A stretch of DNA of 64,000 nucleotides, from positions 256,001-320,000 of the forward strand of contig CAWHXP010000002.1 of the NCBI GenBank assembly GCA_963833425.1. Reading direction: 5' to 3'. This stretch comes from an uncultured Methanosarcinaceae archaeon. GTDB lineage: Archaea > Halobacteriota > Methanosarcinia > Methanosarcinales > Methanosarcinaceae. Position numbers and translations under genes: made by a program. The notes beneath the pieces are model-generated. The model was not told the DNA's origin, searched no databases, and saw only the letters and a program-made list of their open reading frames with translations. Within the stretch, counting starts at the first letter, position 1. Every line of letters starts with the position of its first letter. This document shows positions 22,761-33,419 of this stretch, in pieces.

Positions 22761-23537
22761 ATGCAAGTTGTGATTCTTTGCGGAGGTAAAGGCACGCGTC
22801 TCAGGGAAGAAACTGAGTACCGCCCTAAGCCAATGGTTAGTATCGGCGACCGGCCGATACTGTGGCATATCATGAAAACGTACGCACATTACGGTCACAA
22901 AGATTTCGTCCTGTGCCTTGGTTATAAGGGTGAAATGATCAAGGAATATTTTCTATATTACGAAGCAATGAACAACGACTTTACCATTAACTTGGGAAAC
23001 CGCAAAAAAATCCAGCTACATAATAATCACGATGAATACGATTGGAATGTAACACTTGTCAACACTGGTGAGGAAACGATGACAGGGGCAAGGGTGAAAA
23101 GGATCGAGCGATATATAGTGGGGGACACATTCATGCTGACTTACGGCGATGGTGTGGCTGATATAAACATCGGAAGTCTAGTTAAATATCACGAATTGCA
23201 TGACAAGATTGGCACTATGACTGGAGTATACCTTTCATCGAGATTTGGTGAGATAAGTACCGAGAACAATTTGGTGACCCTATTCAACGAGAAACCCAAG
23301 AGTATGAATGGATTATTCAATGGCGGATATTTCGTCTACAATACAGAATTCTTTGATTACCTATCAAGTGAACCTGACTGTGTGCTGGAAAAAGATCCAC
23401 TTGAAAGTTTGGTTAAAGATAGTCAGTTAATGGTATATCCTCATAAAGGTTTTTGGCAATGTATGGATACCTACAGGGAGTTCGAGCTATTGAATGCTTT
23501 GTGGAAATCTAATCATGCGCCTTGGAAAGTTTGGTGA
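22761..23537 (+). CDS. rfbF: Glucose-1-phosphate cytidylyltransferase
   Basis: VILCGGKGTRLREET.YRPKPMV, TMTGAR, TYGDGV and GFWQCMDT motifs. Confidence 0.93.
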   Translation: MQVVILCGGKGTRLREETEYRPKPMVSIGDRPILWHIMKTYAHYGHKDFVLCLGYKGEMIKEYFLYYEAMNNDFTINLGNRKKIQLHNNHDEYDWNVTLVNTGEETMTGARVKRIERYIVGDTFMLTYGDGVADINIGSLVKYHELHDKIGTMTGVYLSSRFGEISTENNLVTLFNEKPKSMNGLFNGGYFVYNTEFFDYLSSEPDCVLEKDPLESLVKDSQLMVYPHKGFWQCMDTYREFELLNALWKSNHAPWKVW

Positions 23538-23547
23538 GGCATGAAAT

Positions 23548-24519
23548 ATGGTCGACGAATTCTGGAGAGATAGAAATATATTTGTTACAGGGTGTACCGG
23601 ATTACTAGGCTCGTGTCTCACTAGGTTTCTTATTGAACAAAAGGCTAATGTCGTCGGTCTGATAAGAGACTCTGTCCCGAAGTCCAATTTATATGGTCAG
23701 CAGTTGGACAAAGAGATCAATGTGGTCAGAGGTACTGTAGAGAATTATCTGTTAATGGAGCGTGTACTTAATGAATATGAGATCGATACCGTTTTCCACC
23801 TGGCTGCCCAAACTATAGTGACTATCGCGAATAGGAATCCTCTATCTACATTTGGAACTAATATACAAGGTACATGGAATATTCTCGAGGCTTGTAGGAA
23901 GTCACCAACTGTTACAAGGATTGTAACCGCTTCTAGCGATAAGGCATATGGGGATCAGCTACAGCTACCTTATAACGAACAAACGCCGCTTGAGGGGAGA
24001 CATCCTTACGACGTTTCCAAGAGCTGCTCGGACCTTATATGTAGGGCTTACTACGAGACCTACAGGCTGCCAGTCTGTGTTACGAGATGTGGTAATTTTT
24101 ACGGTGGCGGAGATCTCAATTTTAATAGGATCGTGCCCGGTACTATCCGTTCAATCATAAAAAGTGAAGCTCCAGTCATCAGAGGGACTGGAAAATTCAT
24201 CCGTGATTACTTCTATATCGAAGACGGCGCCACGGCCTACCTGACTCTAGCGGAAAAGATGGAAGATCAGCGGGTCCGAGGTGAAGCATTTAACTTCAGT
24301 AATGAACTTCAAATCTCAGTACTCGATATAGTCAACAAGGTAATCGAGATGATGGACAGTGACTTGGAACCTGTTGTGTTGGGCCAGGCCTCCAACGAGA
24401 TAGAGCACCAGTACCTTTCGGCTGAAAAAGCGAGAAAGTTGCTGGGTTGGAAGCCACATTATACACTCGATGAGGGCCTGACCAGGACAATAGCCTGGTA
24501 CAGAAAGTTTTTCGAGTGA
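23548..24519 (+). CDS. rfbG: CDP-glucose 4,6-dehydratase-like SDR
   Basis: [32 protein letters not shown] and [10 protein letters not shown]; directly follows rfbF. Confidence 0.8.
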   Translation: MVDEFWRDRNIFVTGCTGLLGSCLTRFLIEQKANVVGLIRDSVPKSNLYGQQLDKEINVVRGTVENYLLMERVLNEYEIDTVFHLAAQTIVTIANRNPLSTFGTNIQGTWNILEACRKSPTVTRIVTASSDKAYGDQLQLPYNEQTPLEGRHPYDVSKSCSDLICRAYYETYRLPVCVTRCGNFYGGGDLNFNRIVPGTIRSIIKSEAPVIRGTGKFIRDYFYIEDGATAYLTLAEKMEDQRVRGEAFNFSNELQISVLDIVNKVIEMMDSDLEPVVLGQASNEIEHQYLSAEKARKLLGWKPHYTLDEGLTRTIAWYRKFFE

Positions 24520-24522
24520 CAT

Positions 24523-25476
24523 TTGATGGAGTTCGATATGAGTGGTAAGAAGCTAATAAGCATCGTCATACCGGCATACAACGAGGAGGAGGTGCTGGAC
24601 GAGCTAAAGAACAGGATCCAGTCGATGATGGATTGCAATCACAGGTACGACTTCGAGATCATCATCGTCGATAACGGCTCTTTCGACTCGACGTATGACA
24701 AACTGCTCAAAATACACACCGAAGATAGTCGTTTCAAGATCTTGCAGCTGTCACGCAACTTCCGGTGCGACGGTGGAATAACTGCCGGGTTACAGTACGT
24801 TCGGGGCGTCGCAGCGGTCATCATGATGGCCGATTTACAGGATCCACCAGAGCTGATTCCCAAATTCCTCGAAAAATGGGAAGAAGGCTATGACATCGTT
24901 TACACCCTGGTCCTCAAAAGGAATGGAACCGGGATATCGAGGAGATTCTTCTCCCGACTTTTCTACAAGATAATCAGAGTGCTTACTGGCGGAATCATCC
25001 CAGAAAATGCCAGTGATTTCCGGCTTATCGATCGAAGGGTGTACGAAACGGTCAACCAGATGAACGAACGAAATCGGATGCTCAGGGGCATCATTGCGTG
25101 GGTTGGCTTCAGGCAGTACGCGATCGGCTATCAACGACCCCCCCGGTTCGGTGGTGAGTCCAAGGCGGACTTCATGCAGGTTTTAAAGCTGGCGTTAGAT
25201 GGCATTTTCTCGTTCTCCTACATTCCGCTCAAGCTGACCACCTATCTCGGTTTAATCATTTCAGTTCTATCCTTCATCATGATCATTGTTGAGCTAGAGC
25301 TGTTTTTTCAATATGGGAGGGAGGTTCCAGGGTTCACGACACTCGTCATCTTGATACTGTTCCTGTTCGGCATGCTGTTCATGGTCATGGGAATCATTGG
25401 AGAATACATAGCCCGGATTTATGATGAAGTAAAGCAGAGACCGAATTACGTAGTAAAAAAGGAGATCGGATTCTAG
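24523..25476 (+). CDS. GT2 polyprenol-phosphate glycosyltransferase (GtrB/ArnC-like)
   Basis: ISIVIPAYNEE, DNGS.D, LSRNF, ADLQDPPE, SDFRLID, two C-terminal TM helices and GEYIARIY.EVK.RP.Y. Confidence 0.88.
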   Translation: MMEFDMSGKKLISIVIPAYNEEEVLDELKNRIQSMMDCNHRYDFEIIIVDNGSFDSTYDKLLKIHTEDSRFKILQLSRNFRCDGGITAGLQYVRGVAAVIMMADLQDPPELIPKFLEKWEEGYDIVYTLVLKRNGTGISRRFFSRLFYKIIRVLTGGIIPENASDFRLIDRRVYETVNQMNERNRMLRGIIAWVGFRQYAIGYQRPPRFGGESKADFMQVLKLALDGIFSFSYIPLKLTTYLGLIISVLSFIMIIVELELFFQYGREVPGFTTLVILILFLFGMLFMVMGIIGEYIARIYDEVKQRPNYVVKKEIGF

Positions 25477-25503
25477 GGGCCCATAAAAAATCGAGGGTAG
25501 ATA

Positions 25504-26466
25504 ATGGAAACAAGGAAAATCATCATCACTGGCTCCACAGGCTTCGTCGGTTCTAACCTCGCCCGCTACTTTGTCGAGCAAAATAACGAAGTCCACCTGC
25601 TGTTGAGGTCTTCCTCCGATACATGGAGGATTGCCGACATTATGGGCGACATCAGTGCGCATGAAGTCGATTTGACCGCGCCCGTGCAACTGGAACGAGT
25701 CATGACATATGTCAAGCCGGATATCATCCTGCACACCGCCGTCTACGGTGGCCATCCACTCCAGAACGATATCTACAAAGTCTTCGACTCTAATCTCAAT
25801 GGGACTATTAATCTGGTGAAAGCTTGCAAGAGCTTTGATTATGAGCTTTTCATTAACACCGGGTCTTCCTCCGAATACGGAACTAAGAGACAGCCTGTGG
25901 TAGAGACGGAGGTTTGCGAGCCCGGTGAAGACTATGGAGTGTCAAAGATTGCCGCTTCCCTGTACTGTCAAATGGCTGCCCGACGGGATCGGAAACCGAT
26001 CATTACCTTCCGGCTGTTCTCACCCTACGGGAGCTACGATGATGCCACACGCCTAATTCCTTCGGTCATCATCTCCTGCCTCAACGGGCGCTCGCCCAAG
26101 GTATCGTCTCCAATTTTCGTGCGGGATTACATTTACATCCGCGACATCGTCAGCGCATACGAAAAAGCTATCCAGAAGTCCCACCTGCAGAATCCTGGAG
26201 AAATATTCAACGTCGGTTCAGGCAAACAGCAAACAGTCGGAGATGTAGTGCAAAATATAATACAGCTGGTAGATAAAAACATACAGTCCGAATGGGGAAA
26301 TCCAGGCAAGCGGCAGAACGAGCCCCGTGTATGGCAGGCTGACATTAGCAAGGCGGAAAGATCATTGGGCTGGAAGCCCCGGTATTCGATAGATCACGGC
26401 CTGAGCGAAACAGTGGAATGGTTCAGGAAAAACGTCGGACTATACGAAGGTAAGAGGTTCTTATGA
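25504..26466 (+). CDS. NAD-dependent NDP-sugar epimerase/reductase (extended SDR)
   Basis: TGSTGFVG, GSSSEYG, YGVSK, RLFSPYG and RDYIYI motifs. Confidence 0.85.
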   Translation: METRKIIITGSTGFVGSNLARYFVEQNNEVHLLLRSSSDTWRIADIMGDISAHEVDLTAPVQLERVMTYVKPDIILHTAVYGGHPLQNDIYKVFDSNLNGTINLVKACKSFDYELFINTGSSSEYGTKRQPVVETEVCEPGEDYGVSKIAASLYCQMAARRDRKPIITFRLFSPYGSYDDATRLIPSVIISCLNGRSPKVSSPIFVRDYIYIRDIVSAYEKAIQKSHLQNPGEIFNVGSGKQQTVGDVVQNIIQLVDKNIQSEWGNPGKRQNEPRVWQADISKAERSLGWKPRYSIDHGLSETVEWFRKNVGLYEGKRFL

Positions 26467-28211
26467 AACTATCAGACTACGTGATCGACTTTCTCGTCAG
26501 CAAAGGAGTGACCCATGTTTTTGATGTGGCCGGAGGCTCAATAACTCATCTGCTCGATTCCCTCTACGACCGGAAGGATATCCAGACGGTGTGCATGCAC
26601 CACGAGCAGTCTGCATCCTTCGCAGCCGAAGGTTACGCGCGGATTAGCGGGAAGCCAGGCGTGGCTATGGCCACAAGCGGACCCGGGGCCACCAACCTGA
26701 TCACTGGCATAGGCAGTTGCTTCTTCGACTCGGTACCTGCATTATTCATTACCGGGCAAGTGAACACGTACGAGTTCAAGTTTGACAGGCCCGTAAGGCA
26801 AGTTGGTTTCCAGGAGACCGACATTATCAGCATAGTCAAACCTATAGTCAAGGACGCTTTGTTGATGATCGACGAGACTAAAATTAGGTACGAGCTAGAA
26901 CGGCTCTTTGACGTCGCATGCAGCGGGCGTCCCGGTCCGGTTCTGATTGATCTGCCCATGAATATCCAGAGGGCTGATATCAATCCTTCAGAGCAGACAA
27001 CGTATGAAAGGACACGCTTAGAGTCGGACAAGTTCAGCGACGAAGTTATCGATAAAATTTTCACTTTAATTCAACATTCAAAGAGACCTGTAGTACTAAT
27101 AGGGGGTGGGATAAGGCTTTCTGGAGCTACCGAAGAACTATATTGTTTTTCGCAAAAGACTGGCATTCCAGTTGCATCTTCCCTTATGGGACTTGATGCT
27201 TTCCCTCACGATAACGAGCTATACGTCGGCATGATCGGTACCTACGGAAACCGGTATGCTAACCTTACATTGGCGAATTCGGACCTGGTAATTGCCCTGG
27301 GCACACGGCTGGACACCAGGCAAACCGGCACAAATCCCGATTCATTCGCTCGTTATGCCACGATCGTACATGTCGACATCGATCCGTCGGAGCTTAATAG
27401 CAAGATTAAGGCTGACATCGCGATCAATTGCGATGTCTTAAAATTTTTAGTTAAGCTCAACAACTGGCCTCTAATGTGCAAAAATGTTTCGTTGTGGATG
27501 GCCAGTATAAAGCAATATAAGATCCGGTACCCGGACTATGTGAAACCAGATAGCAATAAGATCTCTCCAAACTATTTCATACATGAGCTGTCCGGATATT
27601 TGCCGGAAGACGCTATCCTGTGCGTTGACATCGGCCAGAACCAAATGTGGTCGGCCCAGTCAATTGTTTTGAAGAAGGGACAGCGATTGCTTACCGAGGG
27701 GGGTATGGCTTCCATGGGTTCTGCGCTGCCTATGGCCATCGGGGCTTCGTTCGCTTGTCCTGGCCGGCAGATCGTAATCATCACCGGAGACGGCGGGTTC
27801 CAGCTGAACACGCAGGAGCTGCAGACGGTGTACCATCACGATTTACCCATTAAGATAATTTTGCTGAATAACCAGAGCTATGGCATGATCCGCCAGTTCC
27901 AGGATCAGTATTTCGATGGTAGGTACCAGTCGACTGTCGTCGGGTACAGTTGTCCAGACTTTCAGAAAGTAGTAGCAGCGTACTCCATACCGGTAGCCAG
28001 AGCAGTGGCCGTCAGAAATGTAACGAAAGGGCTGAAATGGCTTTTCGAGGATAAGAAACCTAAATTCTTCGAAGTGCTCATTAGCGACAAGTCGGTTGTC
28101 ACGCCCAAACTGGCTGTTAACAAGCCGATTGAGGAGCAAGACCCTCCCCTGTCCCCTGATGAGCTTAGGTCAAATATGGTCACCAGCATCCAGGATAATG
28201 AAAAAGTTTAG
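26463..28211 (+). CDS. ThDP-dependent acetolactate-synthase-like enzyme (YerE-like by context)
   Basis: HHEQSASFAAEGY, TSGPGATN, RPGPV and the ThDP motif GDGG...NN; ATGA-coupled inside a CDP-sugar operon. Confidence 0.85.
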   Translation: MKLSDYVIDFLVSKGVTHVFDVAGGSITHLLDSLYDRKDIQTVCMHHEQSASFAAEGYARISGKPGVAMATSGPGATNLITGIGSCFFDSVPALFITGQVNTYEFKFDRPVRQVGFQETDIISIVKPIVKDALLMIDETKIRYELERLFDVACSGRPGPVLIDLPMNIQRADINPSEQTTYERTRLESDKFSDEVIDKIFTLIQHSKRPVVLIGGGIRLSGATEELYCFSQKTGIPVASSLMGLDAFPHDNELYVGMIGTYGNRYANLTLANSDLVIALGTRLDTRQTGTNPDSFARYATIVHVDIDPSELNSKIKADIAINCDVLKFLVKLNNWPLMCKNVSLWMASIKQYKIRYPDYVKPDSNKISPNYFIHELSGYLPEDAILCVDIGQNQMWSAQSIVLKKGQRLLTEGGMASMGSALPMAIGASFACPGRQIVIITGDGGFQLNTQELQTVYHHDLPIKIILLNNQSYGMIRQFQDQYFDGRYQSTVVGYSCPDFQKVVAAYSIPVARAVAVRNVTKGLKWLFEDKKPKFFEVLISDKSVVTPKLAVNKPIEEQDPPLSPDELRSNMVTSIQDNEKV

Positions 28212-28220
28212 CAGGCTAAC

Positions 28221-28673
28221 ATGGCATCATTTGATAACACCAAGATCCAATTGGTTACCGGGCCTATCACCAGCTCAGAGGAGGCCAGGCGCATATTTAA
28301 GTTCATCTGTGTCGGTATGATGAACACCGTCATAGGATACGGCGCTTTCTTTATATTGTTGTTTTTTCTAAACTATCTGGTCGCCCTAGTCGTGGCACAC
28401 TTTATCGGCGTCACTAACAGCTATCTATGGAACAAGTATTGGACGTTCCAAGTGAAAAAATTCCGGCTGGCTGAACTTGTCAAGTTCAACGTCGTTTACC
28501 TGCTCGTGCTCGGAGCTAACATGCTAATACTGTATATCGCCGTGGAATTACTGGCCGTCGATCCCAGGCTCGGGCAATTGATCGTGCTACCACTGATAAC
28601 GCTATTGAGCTATTTTGGCCACAAGTACTGGAGCTTCCATGGTGCAAAATCAGTCACTGGCCGTGAGGCATGA
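28221..28673 (+). CDS. GtrA-family lipid-linked sugar flippase
   Basis: Four TM segments; KFICVG..NT, SYLWNKYWTF and SYFGHKYWSF signature. Confidence 0.88.
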   Translation: MASFDNTKIQLVTGPITSSEEARRIFKFICVGMMNTVIGYGAFFILLFFLNYLVALVVAHFIGVTNSYLWNKYWTFQVKKFRLAELVKFNVVYLLVLGANMLILYIAVELLAVDPRLGQLIVLPLITLLSYFGHKYWSFHGAKSVTGREA

Positions 28674-30001
28674 AGGTCAGGACGGTGGATCAAATGGGCG
28701 AAGATGAATTAAGGAATGAGATACTGGAAAAGGTAAAGCAGTACTATCGACAGAAGAAGGAAAGTCGGTTCGTCCCGGGCCAGTCTATGGTCAACTACGC
28801 TGGCAGGGTCTACGATGAAGAGGAAATGACGCTGCTTGTGGACGCTTCGCTGGATTTCTGGCTGACCGCCGGTCGCTACTCAAAGCATTTTGAAACTGAG
28901 TTCGCAGAATTTATGGGTGTGAAGCATTGTTTGCTAACGAACTCCGGATCTTCGGCCAACCTGCTTGCAATATCCGCTTTGACTTCTCCGAAGCTTGGAG
29001 TGAGAAGGCTCAATCCCGAAGACGAAATCATTACAACTGCGTGTGGCTTCCCCACTACGCTCAATCCCATTCTCCAAAACAATCTAATTCCTGTGTTCAT
29101 AGATGTGGAGCTGGGCACGTACAACATCCGGACGGATCTCCTTGAAGATGCAATTACTGATAAAACTAAAGCGATTTTTATTCCCCACACCCTTGGCAAC
29201 CCGGCTGATCTCAGTACCATCACAGAGATAGCACAGGATCACGGCCTCTGGCTCATCGAGGACAACTGTGATGCTCTGGGCTCACAGTATGAAGGGAAAT
29301 ACACTGGCACATTTGGCGATATGTCCACGTTTAGCTTCTACCCAGCTCACCACATGACCATGGGCGAAGGCGGAGCAGTATTGACTAACGATCAAAATCT
29401 AAAGAAAATAATTATGTCCTTCCGGGATTGGGGGAGGGATTGCTGGTGTGACACTGGACAGGACAACAGCTGTCATAAACGTTTCTCTTGGCAGTTGGGG
29501 CAGCTGCCTTATGGCTACGATCACAAATACACCTACTCCCACGTTGGGTATAACCTCAAGGTGACCGACATGCAGGCGGCCGTTGGAGTCGCACAGCTCA
29601 AAAAGCTACCCCAATTCATCGAAAAACGAAAGAGAAACTTCCGGATATTATTCGAAGGCCTTAGAACCTATGAAAAACACTTGATGTTGCCGTCTGCGAC
29701 ACAAAATTCGAATCCTTGCTGGTTTGGGTTCCCGATCCTGATTCGGGAAAATATGCAGTTTACCCGTAAGGATCTGGTGGACTATCTCGAGAGTAATAAA
29801 ATAGCAACTAGAATGTTGTTCGGAGGGAACTTGTTGAAGCAACCGGCTTATGCAGGGATTAAATACCGGATTGTTGGTGGCCTGAACAACACAAATTTGG
29901 TCGTGGATGATCTGTTCTGGATCGGAGTATATCCGGGACTGACCGGAGAAATGATCGATTATATTCTCTCGAAGTTCAGGAGCTTTATGGGAGGATACTA
30001 A
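28670..30001 (+). CDS. rfbH: CDP-4-keto-6-deoxy-D-glucose 3-dehydratase (DdhC/RfbH)
   Basis: NSGSSANL, EDNCDALG, SFYPAHHMTMGEGG (His in place of the PLP Lys), RDWGRDCWC...C and YDHKY motifs. Confidence 0.92.
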   Translation: MKVRTVDQMGEDELRNEILEKVKQYYRQKKESRFVPGQSMVNYAGRVYDEEEMTLLVDASLDFWLTAGRYSKHFETEFAEFMGVKHCLLTNSGSSANLLAISALTSPKLGVRRLNPEDEIITTACGFPTTLNPILQNNLIPVFIDVELGTYNIRTDLLEDAITDKTKAIFIPHTLGNPADLSTITEIAQDHGLWLIEDNCDALGSQYEGKYTGTFGDMSTFSFYPAHHMTMGEGGAVLTNDQNLKKIIMSFRDWGRDCWCDTGQDNSCHKRFSWQLGQLPYGYDHKYTYSHVGYNLKVTDMQAAVGVAQLKKLPQFIEKRKRNFRILFEGLRTYEKHLMLPSATQNSNPCWFGFPILIRENMQFTRKDLVDYLESNKIATRMLFGGNLLKQPAYAGIKYRIVGGLNNTNLVVDDLFWIGVYPGLTGEMIDYILSKFRSFMGGY

Positions 30002-30003
30002 TT

Positions 30004-31653
30004 TCACCCTATTTTTACATATACAAGTTTTACGATGTTTCCGATATTCTGGTTGAAACTGTTGCAATCGAAGCGCTCCTCGAGCATTAGTCTGAAAAGG
30101 TTATCGAGGCTAGAAAGGCTAGCGTAAAATTGGCCGTAATCTATATCATAGCTTCCCTTATCTATAATGACCAAGTACTGTGGGCTTCTTTCGACGTAAT
30201 CCCTATTCTTTAAGGAAAATAATACACCATTGTAGATATATTTCTTTAAAATCTGGTAATTTGAGATGTTCATAGAATGAGGAAGAGGTTCGGAGCCAAA
30301 GCGCGTCTCGTCATTGAACACATGTACCATCATGCCCAGATATTCAAAATAGACGTAATTGCGGTACCTAGCATTCAAGTCACGAGCATCGTCGATGAAT
30401 AAAAATGCGGTATTGTTCTTCATGACGCTGCTAGATTTGAACTGGTCCATCAAAGACAATTGTTTATAGTCATCCTTCTGACACTCCAGATAGTTCGACA
30501 TGCAGGAGCATATGCAAAATACGATGACAATGGACAGTAGAATAATTTTAATTGTCCGATTTAGTTTAAGCAGATCGGTCACTATGTTGAATCCAAAGTA
30601 CAACACGAAGCTAAATCCTAGAGGTAGTAGAAGCTCGTGTCTGCTATCCCAGTTATAATATCCGGGAATTTTCCCGACGGCCAGGTAAGGGAATAATCCT
30701 ATCAGAAACAAAATGATTCCGGTTAGGAAATATTTCGTATCCTTACTGCTTTGATTATGATTGTCCACGCTCCTGATCAGCATATACGTAGGTGGTAACA
30801 ATAAAATTATGAAAAGCCCTAGGATCAATAAGGTTTCCCGCGAAATAATTGATAATTCCACAAGCAGGTTAAATATCGCATAGACGATGTAAAAGGGCAA
30901 CTTGATCAGGTTTAGGACTGTAATGGAGTTGTAATCCCTATACATGCCATGGGGCTGGAAAAAGATGGTCCTTAGTACCCAGAACAACAACGGCATAATA
31001 ATAAAATCGACATACCTGCCAGAGAGCCTGAAAATCGACGTCCAAGATATATGTTTGAGCTCCTTGTATCCAATATACAGTAATACGACCGAGTAGAATA
31101 CCAGGAACGAATTGGTAAAGAACGATAAGAATAGGAATATCAGCGCTGCAATCCTGAGAATAATCTTCCCCTGCGTGAGATACCTTGATGTAAGCCACAG
31201 ACCGAGGAAGTAGAAAAAATAGCATAGTGCGTATTGAGAGACAGAAATCGCAATCCTAAAACCGTTTAAAGGTATTATTGCGAATAGGAGGACCAACATG
31301 AGCCTTGATGTGTGGTCGATATCGTTTATCGATTTCATTGTCTCGTTTAGCAGTAATGCTGATAACAAGAAGGCGAGAAACACCAGTAACCTGAAAATGA
31401 AAACACTGTTGCTCAGCGAAAATATAAGGTTAAAATAGTGCCCTAGAAAGATGTTGCCAAATTGGTAGAAATTATCAAGCATAATGTTTTTGTCCAAGTC
31501 GATGTATAACCAATCGTCAAGGAAAATTCCGTTGTTCAATAGCATTAAAAAATGAGCAAACGTGTAAATAATGGTTATTATGCTAATATCGCTTTTTAGT
31601 AAACTTGTTAACGAAAAGTTAATTTTTTTATTTGCGTTTAATGAAGGGCTCAT
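30004..31653 (-). CDS. Polytopic membrane protein, probable GT-C-fold glycosyltransferase (GtrC-like)
   Basis: Acidic DDW motif just after TM1, about 11-12 TM helices, late SRH..LP motif, soluble C-terminal domain; adjacent to GtrA/GtrB-like genes. Confidence 0.6.
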   Translation of the reverse strand: MSPSLNANKKINFSLTSLLKSDISIITIIYTFAHFLMLLNNGIFLDDWLYIDLDKNIMLDNFYQFGNIFLGHYFNLIFSLSNSVFIFRLLVFLAFLLSALLLNETMKSINDIDHTSRLMLVLLFAIIPLNGFRIAISVSQYALCYFFYFLGLWLTSRYLTQGKIILRIAALIFLFLSFFTNSFLVFYSVVLLYIGYKELKHISWTSIFRLSGRYVDFIIMPLLFWVLRTIFFQPHGMYRDYNSITVLNLIKLPFYIVYAIFNLLVELSIISRETLLILGLFIILLLPPTYMLIRSVDNHNQSSKDTKYFLTGIILFLIGLFPYLAVGKIPGYYNWDSRHELLLPLGFSFVLYFGFNIVTDLLKLNRTIKIILLSIVIVFCICSCMSNYLECQKDDYKQLSLMDQFKSSSVMKNNTAFLFIDDARDLNARYRNYVYFEYLGMMVHVFNDETRFGSEPLPHSMNISNYQILKKYIYNGVLFSLKNRDYVERSPQYLVIIDKGSYDIDYGQFYASLSSLDNLFRLMLEERFDCNSFNQNIGNIVKLVYVKIG

Positions 31654-31697
31654 TACAGTAAATGTAAACTGATTAAGTTATAAAATGGTTTTCGTCA

Positions 31698-32235
31698 ATG
31701 GATACCAAAAAATGGTAAGTCTATACTTTAGATATAATCTTCATAGCATAATAGGTAGAGATTATGAGCTGCTCAGAAGATTCAAAACAACGACTACATT
31801 ACTTCATGATTTGTCAGATAAATTTCTCAAAAAAATGAAGTTTTTTATGTGGATGGATGATACTTTGAAGCAAAGTCAATGATGTAACAACGAAAAAAAA
31901 CAGTAAATAACTTCCTCTGGAAACAAGTGATATATTAAGAAACAAGAAGCTTAGCTTAAAACAGTTCCTAGGAACTAATTTATGCAGTAACTAAAAGATA
32001 TTCAAAACAGGAAAAGTTTTTAATACCTTTATTTAAAGAGCGAATCTAAAGAGTTGTGAAAGCTTTTTGTTATAATCTCCATCAATTAATAACATTTAAA
32101 ATAATAGAAGAATTCTAAGGATAGATGAAACTATCTTTAAAATAAGAGAATGATGTACAAGAAAAGAAAAAAATAGAGTAAACTAAATAAATTCGTAGGA
32201 AAGATTTAAACAGGATTCTCGCGAAGAAAAAATAA
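31698..32235 (+). pseudogene. 3' remnant of the IS5 seen at 1232-2363
   Basis: AGAGATTATGAGCT...AGAAGATTCAAAACAAC and GCTTTTTGTTATAAT.TCCATCAATT match the 1800-2340 region. Confidence 0.8.
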
Positions 32236-32269
32236 TAAGTACATCGGAATCTCTGTAATCTTCTTTTTT

Positions 32270-32560
32270 AATCACACTCTTCCATTACTATTAATACTTG
32301 TTTCTTGTTATCCGGCTTTCATTTATATCGATGAGTATTGAGGCTAGCAGCTCAATACTGATTCATGGTCAGACAACGCCGCTGTCACCTTGCGTCTTCT
32401 TTTTGGTTCCTTGTCAGTCCTTTTCATCATGTTTGTTGTCCTTATTTTTTTCCAGTATTCTCTAGAAATTGCATATGGCTCGTTATATCGTGCCGGAAGC
32501 TTCCAAGAGTAGAGTTGCATTTTGATATCTCATGCCATCTTGTTCCCTATTCGGGTCATA
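32270..32560 (-). pseudogene. IS256-family transposase C-terminal remnant
   Basis: The minus strand reads EYWKKIRTTNMMKRTDKEPKRRRKV, a degenerate form of the IS256 IRTTNxxERxNxExKRR motif. Confidence 0.7.
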
Positions 32561-33419
32561 TAGTCTCTGATGACATCAATGTTTCATTTAACCCCTAAAA
32601 CACTTATTTTTGCTGATTTTTAGCACTTTGATTGTAGCGTATTTCATAAAAGTCATGTATTTCTTTAAATTTAGATAAAATGCTTTTATAATTTTGGCTG
32701 AAACTGGTCAAATGCAGAGATCTTCAGGTAAAAAACTATACATCAATATATATGATAAATTCTATTTTTGTGGTGAAGGCAAAGGGTACAGAATCGCAGA
32801 ATTTACAGAATTTTTAGTATCTATCTTATAAATTTATCAGATGCAGCATTATATGATGGAATATTGCTATCTTAAGAATAACTTAATAGGTTTTAACTTA
32901 ACAATATTAATCAATAATCAAGCGACATTTAATATATTGTGGAATTGCAAACATTCATCATTATTCTTCACGTTCTTTGACCACAATCAATCAACAGCCA
33001 TTCCACTACTCTGCTGCTACTGCTAGTTCCATAATAACATGTATCAATATTGTGTTCAATATCTCCAATTTTTGGCTGGTTATTTGTAATTCCTATATGG
33101 GCGACCTGTTTAAATAGGTAATTTGTCTAAATTCTTCATTAATACAAATTTATCTTTAGGTTAAATAGAATCAATAAGAAATTATTCGATACTCTACTTA
33201 AGACAGTTGTGAAATCAACTATTTCAGGGTTTTTGATTGATGCTCTCGTAATAATTTTCAGCTCGTATTAAATATTTTTTAACTAGATTAACAGTTACAT
33301 ATATTTTAGCTAATTTATTGTAATATGCGGATTTTAAAGAGAAGATTTTCAATTATTAAGTCAGACGGTGGGAGATAAAATCTTGGTTTTTGAGTCAAAA
33401 AAAATAATTGGAGGAAATC

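Noticed and set aside
26463..28211. Housekeeping ilvB call for the ThDP enzyme
   Set aside because: No ilvN or ilvC is nearby and the gene is translationally coupled within a CDP-sugar operon. The call is disfavoured, not excluded.
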